A DNA stretch of 64,000 nucleotides from positions 3,133 through 67,132 of the forward strand of contig CALXWP010000006.1 of the NCBI GenBank assembly GCA_944392455.1. Direction: 5' to 3'. The translations under genes and the position numbers were made by a program. Positions within the stretch are counted from its first letter, which is position 1; every line of letters starts with the position of its first letter. The notes below the pieces were generated by a model. The model ran no database searches and had not been told where the DNA came from. It saw only the letters and a list, made by a program, of their open reading frames with translations. The DNA is from an uncultured Clostridia bacterium. GTDB taxonomy: Bacteria > Bacillota > Clostridia > TANB77 > CAG-508. Shown piece after piece: positions 58,054-64,000 of the stretch.

Positions 58054-58949
58054 TGAATAAATATGTAAAATATGGGATTATATCAGCAGTTATTATACTA
58101 ATAATTGTTGTATTAGTAATTTTAAATATAAATAAAAATAATAATGATCAAAAAGATGACGGAGTTACCAAAATTGTTACATCTTTTTATCCTATGTACA
58201 TAATAGCAGAAAATATAACTGATGGAGCACAAAATATAGAACTTGTTAATATGGCAGATGTAAATGTAGGATGTTTACATGATTATACAATAACTACAGA
58301 AGATATGAAAAAAATAGAAAATGCGGATATATTTATAGCAAATGGACTAGGAATGGAAAACTTTTTAGAAAAAGCTATAGAATCTAATATGGATATGAAA
58401 GTAATAGATTCAAGTGCAAATATTACAGATGTAATACAAGATGAAGCAGAAACAAATGCTCATATATGGACAAGTATAGATAACTATATTTTACAAGTAA
58501 AAAATATTTCAAATGAGTTAATAAATTTAGATCCTCAAAATTCAGATATATATCAAAATAATACAGATACATATGTAAATAAGTTAGAAGAATTAAAAAC
58601 AAGATATTTAGAAGAATTAAAAGAGTTAAATGGTATAAAAGCTATATCATTAAATGAGGCATTTGAATATATGGGGAAAGAATTAGGAATAGAAATGACT
58701 ACAATAGAAACAGATCACGAAGAAAGTACTATGTCAGCAGAGATGCTTAAAAATATTATAGATAAAGTAAAACAAGAAAATATTGAAATGATAATAATTG
58801 ATAAAGATGATAATGAATCAAATGCAAGAGCAATAGCTGATGAAACAGGTGCAAAAATATATAAATTAAACTCAGGATTAAGAGGAAATTTAGATACAAA
58901 TGCATATATAGAGCAAATAGAAGAAAATATGCAAATACTGACACAATAA
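58054..58949 (+). CDS. znuA: Metal (Zn/Mn) ABC transporter substrate-binding protein (TroA/ZnuA family), membrane-anchored (Met at 58054; the track ORF starts at 57954)
   Basis: N-terminal anchor; cluster-9 SBP length; followed by an ABC ATPase and permease; RBS tggagga. Confidence 0.75.
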
Positions 58950-58987
58950 AATTATTTTGTGTCAATTTTATATAAATGGAGGAAATA

Positions 58988-59716
58988 ATGGAGAAAGCTT
59001 GTGGATTACATTGCACAAAAATTAATAATATTGGAGTTAAAATAGGAAACGAAGAAATATTAAAAAATGTAAACATACATATTCACTGCGGAGAACTAAC
59101 TGTAATAATTGGGCGAAATGGTGCAGGTAAAACAACATTATTAAAAGCTATTTTAGGCGAGATAGAACATACAGGGAACATTACATTTGTAGATCAAAAA
59201 GATAATATAGCTAAAAAAATAAAAATCGGATATGTACCACAAAGTATAAATGTTGAGAAACATATGCCAACAACAGTATATGATTTATTTGCATCTTGTA
59301 TTACTCATATACCAGTATTTTTAAGAAAAGATAAAAAAATATATGAAGAAATAAAGGAACAATTAAAAATATTTGGAGCAGATAGTCTAATAGATAAAAG
59401 TATAGGAGACTTATCAGGAGGAGAATTACAACGAGTATTAATTGCAATAGCAACAAAACCTACACCTAATTTATTAATATTAGATGAACCGGTTTCAGGA
59501 ATAGATAGAAATGGAATAAAAGAATTTTATAAAATAATTAGTAAGCTAAAATCAGAATATGATATGTCAATAATTTTAGTTTCACATGATTTAGAACTAG
59601 CAAAAAAATATGCAGATAAAGTGATTTTGTTAGATAAAGAAGTAATAAAAGATGGAAAACCAGAAGATGTATTTAAAAGTTTAGAATTTAAAAATAGATT
59701 TGGAGAACTAACTTAA
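58988..59716 (+). CDS. znuC: Metal ABC transporter ATP-binding protein
   Basis: Walker A GRNGAGKTT, signature LSGGELQRV, Walker B LILDEP. Confidence 0.9.
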   Translation: MEKACGLHCTKINNIGVKIGNEEILKNVNIHIHCGELTVIIGRNGAGKTTLLKAILGEIEHTGNITFVDQKDNIAKKIKIGYVPQSINVEKHMPTTVYDLFASCITHIPVFLRKDKKIYEEIKEQLKIFGADSLIDKSIGDLSGGELQRVLIAIATKPTPNLLILDEPVSGIDRNGIKEFYKIISKLKSEYDMSIILVSHDLELAKKYADKVILLDKEVIKDGKPEDVFKSLEFKNRFGELT

Positions 59717-59732
59717 ATTAAATGGGGGAAAA

Positions 59733-60579
59733 ATGGAAATAATAGATAGTATATTAGAAGTAATATTACCTTTTGAATTTATAGATTATGAATTTATGAA
59801 AAATGCACTTTTAGCTATAATTTTAATATCACCAATCTTTGCAATACTTGGAACTATGATAGTAAATAACAAAATGGCATTTTTCTCAGATGCATTAGGA
59901 CATTCTGCATTAACAGGTATAGCACTTCGGAAGTTTAATTGGAATAAGTAATTTAAATATAGGAATGATAATTTTTGCAATTGGTTTTGCACTTTTACTA
60001 AATTATGTAAAAAACAAAACAACATATGGAGCTGATACAATAATTAGTGTTTTTTCATCTATTGCAATAGCATTAGGACTAGCAATATTAGCACAAACAG
60101 GAAACTTTAATCAGTATTCAAGCTATTTAGTAGGAGATATTTTAAGCATAACAGATACAGAAATTATATATGTGTTTTTAATTGCAATAGCAGTATTAGT
60201 ATTTTGGTATTTTACATTTAATAAACTAAATTTAGTAAGTATAAATACAACTCTTGCAAAAAGCAAGGGAGTAAAAACTAAGAAAATAGATAATATATTT
60301 GCAATACTAATTGCAATAGTTGTAATGATTTCAATAAGATGGATAGGTATATTATTAATTAATTCATTACTTATATTACCTGCAGCATCAAGTAGAAATA
60401 TAGCAAAAAATATGAGAAGCTATCATTTGTATTCTGTATTATTCTCGCTATTTTCTGGAATATCAGGAGTGATAGCATCATATTACTTTAATATACCAAC
60501 AGGTCCAATGATAGTAATAATATCAGGTTGTATATATTTTATAACTTTAATAACAAGAAAAACTTTAGTAAAGAATTAA
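59733..60579 (+). pseudogene. znuB: Metal ABC transporter permease (ZnuB-like) interrupted by a +1 frameshift near 59926-59930 (track ORFs 59733-59951 and 59965-60579)
   Basis: Frame 0 ...SDALGHSALTGIALRKFNWNK*; frame +1 continues ...GSLIGISNLNIGMIIFAIGFALLL.... Deleting one nucleotide in cttcgga restores a contiguous ZnuB-like protein. Confidence 0.7.
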
Positions 60580-60682
60580 ATTAAAAAGTAGAGTAAAGAA
60601 TTAAATAAAACTAAATTAAAGATGTAATATTCATTATAGAAATTTATTATAGAAGATAGCTTTAGAGTTAGGAGGAGAAGAT

Positions 60683-61696
60683 ATGGATAAAAAAAGAATA
60701 TTAACAGGAGATAGACCAACTGGAAGATTACATATAGGTCATTATTTTGGTTCTCTTAAAACAAGAGTTGATATGCAAAATTCAGGTAAATATGATCCAT
60801 ATATCTTAATTGCTGATGTACAAGCATTAACAGATAATTTTAATAATCCTGAAAAGGTAAGAAAAAATGTAAGAGAAGTTATGCTTGACTATTTATCTGT
60901 AGGAATAGATCCTGAGAAAACAACAATATATATCCAATCAATGATACCAGAAGTGGCAGAGCTTACAGTATATTATTCAAACTTGGTTACAATAGCTAGA
61001 CTTGAAAGAAATCCAACTGTAAAAACTGAAATAGCACAAAAAAGAGAGATATTTGGAGAAAGTGTTACATATGGTTTTCTAGGATATCCTGTAAGTCAAG
61101 CAGCAGATATAACAGCTTTTGAAGGAGAACTAGTTCCAGTAGGAGAAGATCAACTTCCATTAATAGAACAATGTAGAGAAATAGTAAGAAAATTTAATAG
61201 TATATATGGAGAGGTATTAACAGAGCCAGAAGCGGTGTTATCTAGTACAAAAAGAATTAAGGGATTAGATGGTAATGAAAAAATGGGAAAATCATTAGGA
61301 AATGCAATATATTTATCAGATAATCCTGAAGAAATAACAAAAAAAGTTATGGGAGCAGTTACAGATCCAAATAGAATAAGAAAAGATGATAAGGGAAATC
61401 CTGACATATGTATGGTAGCATATTATCACAATTTATTTACTAGTAAAGAAGATTGTAAGAAAGTGTGTGAAGAATGTAAAGCAGGAAAAAGAGGATGTGT
61501 AGCTTGTAAAAAAGAGCTTGCTAAAAACATAATTAATTTCCTAGAACCAATGAGAGAAAAGAGAAAATATTATGAAGAAAGACCAGAGCTAGTTGATGAA
61601 TTGTTGATAAAGGGTACTGAAAAAGCAAGAAAAACTGCAAAAGAAACAATGAAAAAAGTTAAAAAAGCAATGAGATTAGATTATTTTGAACTTTAA
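60683..61696 (+). CDS. trpS: Tryptophan--tRNA ligase with a C-terminal six-Cys cluster (candidate Fe-S-type TrpRS)
   Basis: ILTGDRPTGRLHIGHY (HIGH), KMGKS; CMVAYYHNLFTSKEDCKKVCEECKAGKRGCVACKK. Confidence 0.9.
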   Translation: MDKKRILTGDRPTGRLHIGHYFGSLKTRVDMQNSGKYDPYILIADVQALTDNFNNPEKVRKNVREVMLDYLSVGIDPEKTTIYIQSMIPEVAELTVYYSNLVTIARLERNPTVKTEIAQKREIFGESVTYGFLGYPVSQAADITAFEGELVPVGEDQLPLIEQCREIVRKFNSIYGEVLTEPEAVLSSTKRIKGLDGNEKMGKSLGNAIYLSDNPEEITKKVMGAVTDPNRIRKDDKGNPDICMVAYYHNLFTSKEDCKKVCEECKAGKRGCVACKKELAKNIINFLEPMREKRKYYEERPELVDELLIKGTEKARKTAKETMKKVKKAMRLDYFEL

Positions 61697-63004
<1,308 letters not shown>

Positions 63005-63051
63005 TAACAATAAATAATAAAAAGGCTGAATAAGCAATAAGAAGATAAAAA

Positions 63052-63090
63052 TGTCAAACAAAATCAAAAATTTGTTTGACATTTTTTTGT
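63052..63090 (+). terminator. Terminator after obg
   Basis: tgtcaaacaaa atcaaaaat tttgtttgaca + tttttttg. Confidence 0.85.
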
Positions 63091-63135
63091 TTGTATGATA
63101 GTATATTGTAAAATAAAATTTGGAGGGATGATTTA

Positions 63136-63813
63136 ATGGCTGAAGGAAAGAAAAGAAAAACAAAAGAATTAACACCAAGACAAAAGCAAATATTAAGGTA
63201 TATTACAAAACAAATTGAAAAGAATGGTTATGCACCATCTGTTAGAGAAATTGGAAAGGCTGTAGGATTAAGTTCAACAGCTACAGTACATTCATATTTA
63301 AAACAGTTAGAAGATTTAAAATATATTAAAAAGGAAAGTCAAAAAGGTAGAACTTTAAGAATTTTAAAATCAGAAGATGAATTATATATGCCAAAGAAAC
63401 CTGGAACACCACCAGCAAAAGCTTTTTATAATAAAAAAGAAATGGTTGATGTACCAGTAGTTGGAAAAATTACAGCAGGTGCTCCGATCTTAGCAGTAGA
63501 AAATATAACAGATACTTTCCCAATACCATTAGACTTCGTTGGAAATAGCCAAAGCTTTATGCTTGTAGTTAGAGGAGAAAGCATGATAGAAGCTGGTATT
63601 TTAGATGGAGATTTTATATTAGTAAGAAGACAAAATATAGCTGAAAATGGAGAAATAGTAGTTGCATTAATTGATGATGAAGCAACAGTAAAAACATTCT
63701 ATAAAGAAAAGGATTATATTAGATTACAACCTGAAAATAGTACAATGGATCCAATTATAGTTCCAGATTGTACTATATTAGGAAAAGTTGTTGGTGTATT
63801 TAGAAAAATGTAG
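63136..63813 (+). CDS. lexA: LexA repressor
   Basis: N-terminal wHTH; S24 peptidase Ser/Lys region VRGESM...[16 protein letters not shown]. Confidence 0.95.
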   Translation: MAEGKKRKTKELTPRQKQILRYITKQIEKNGYAPSVREIGKAVGLSSTATVHSYLKQLEDLKYIKKESQKGRTLRILKSEDELYMPKKPGTPPAKAFYNKKEMVDVPVVGKITAGAPILAVENITDTFPIPLDFVGNSQSFMLVVRGESMIEAGILDGDFILVRRQNIAENGEIVVALIDDEATVKTFYKEKDYIRLQPENSTMDPIIVPDCTILGKVVGVFRKM

Positions 63814-63853
63814 ATAATATAAATACATAGATTTTAGAAAGGAATGAAATAAT

Positions 63854-64000
63854 ATGAGTTATGATTCTTTCTGGTTTATTGATACCAGAGTTCAAACAAG
63901 AAACTTCAGAAGATATTTCATTTGGCTTATATTATTGTTTGCATTTGTTTCAATTGGAAGTGTTTTAGCAGTTAAATCAATGTATAATGATATGACTGTA
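63854..64000 (+). CDS. Partial CDS (N-terminus) of a membrane protein downstream of lexA, possibly an SOS-associated division-inhibitor-like protein
   Basis: ATG at 63854 with RBS gaaaggaatg; MSYDSFWFIDTRVQTRNFRRYFIWLILLFAFVSIGSVLAV...; runs off the window end. Confidence 0.3.
   Translation, partial: MSYDSFWFIDTRVQTRNFRRYFIWLILLFAFVSIGSVLAVKSMYNDMTV

Noticed and set aside
60580-60682. Trp T-box upstream of trpS
   Set aside because: The leader is only ~100 nt, too short for a T-box, and no T-box sequence is present.
63040-63135. Looked for a LexA/Cheo box (GAAC-N4-GTTC) upstream of lexA
   Set aside because: No GAAC..GTTC motif lies within ~100 nt of the start. The only strong palindrome there (tgtcaaacaaa...tttgtttgaca) has an 11-bp stem plus a U-run and is better explained as the obg terminator. 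The SOS box may be non-canonical or lie elsewhere.

Overview
Very AT-rich Firmicute chromosome segment, about 22-27% G+C by eye, almost certainly a Clostridium-like spore former. It carries an alpha/beta-type SASP gene, bofA with a yaaL-like neighbour, a dpaA homologue and the ctsR-mcsA-mcsB-clpC operon. Most of the window is tightly packed core genes on both strands: an AlkP-family enzyme and a run of HD hydrolases and nucleotide kinases, gatC-(HAD)-gatA-gatB, rpsT, a large cell-wall-anchored M60-like metalloprotease with tandem repeats, hpf, the clpC operon, ldh, a hemolysin-III homologue, a metC/metB-like gene, a DapF-MurE fusion, ppa, uppP, a partial type IV pilus cluster (pilMN-pilO-pilin-pilD), a ROK kinase, RNase J, gltX, engB, serS with a T-box leader, a CaCA antiporter, a radical SAM/SPASM enzyme, glmS with its ribozyme, rpsF-ssb-rpsR, a patatin-like lipase, znuACB, a Cys-rich trpS, obg and lexA. 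Rho-independent terminators are abundant and easy to read. Seven short patches of clearly higher G+C (about 40-48%) are scattered through the window, and each coincides exactly with a gene of unknown function or a gene fragment. Two genes (dpaA, znuB) are split by single frameshifts. No CRISPR array, rRNA, tRNA, transposase or integrase was seen. The most interesting items are the GC-anomalous orphan genes, the DapF-MurE fusion, the radical SAM/SPASM enzyme beside bofA, and the SAH HD-hydrolase with two nucleotide-kinase-like neighbours.
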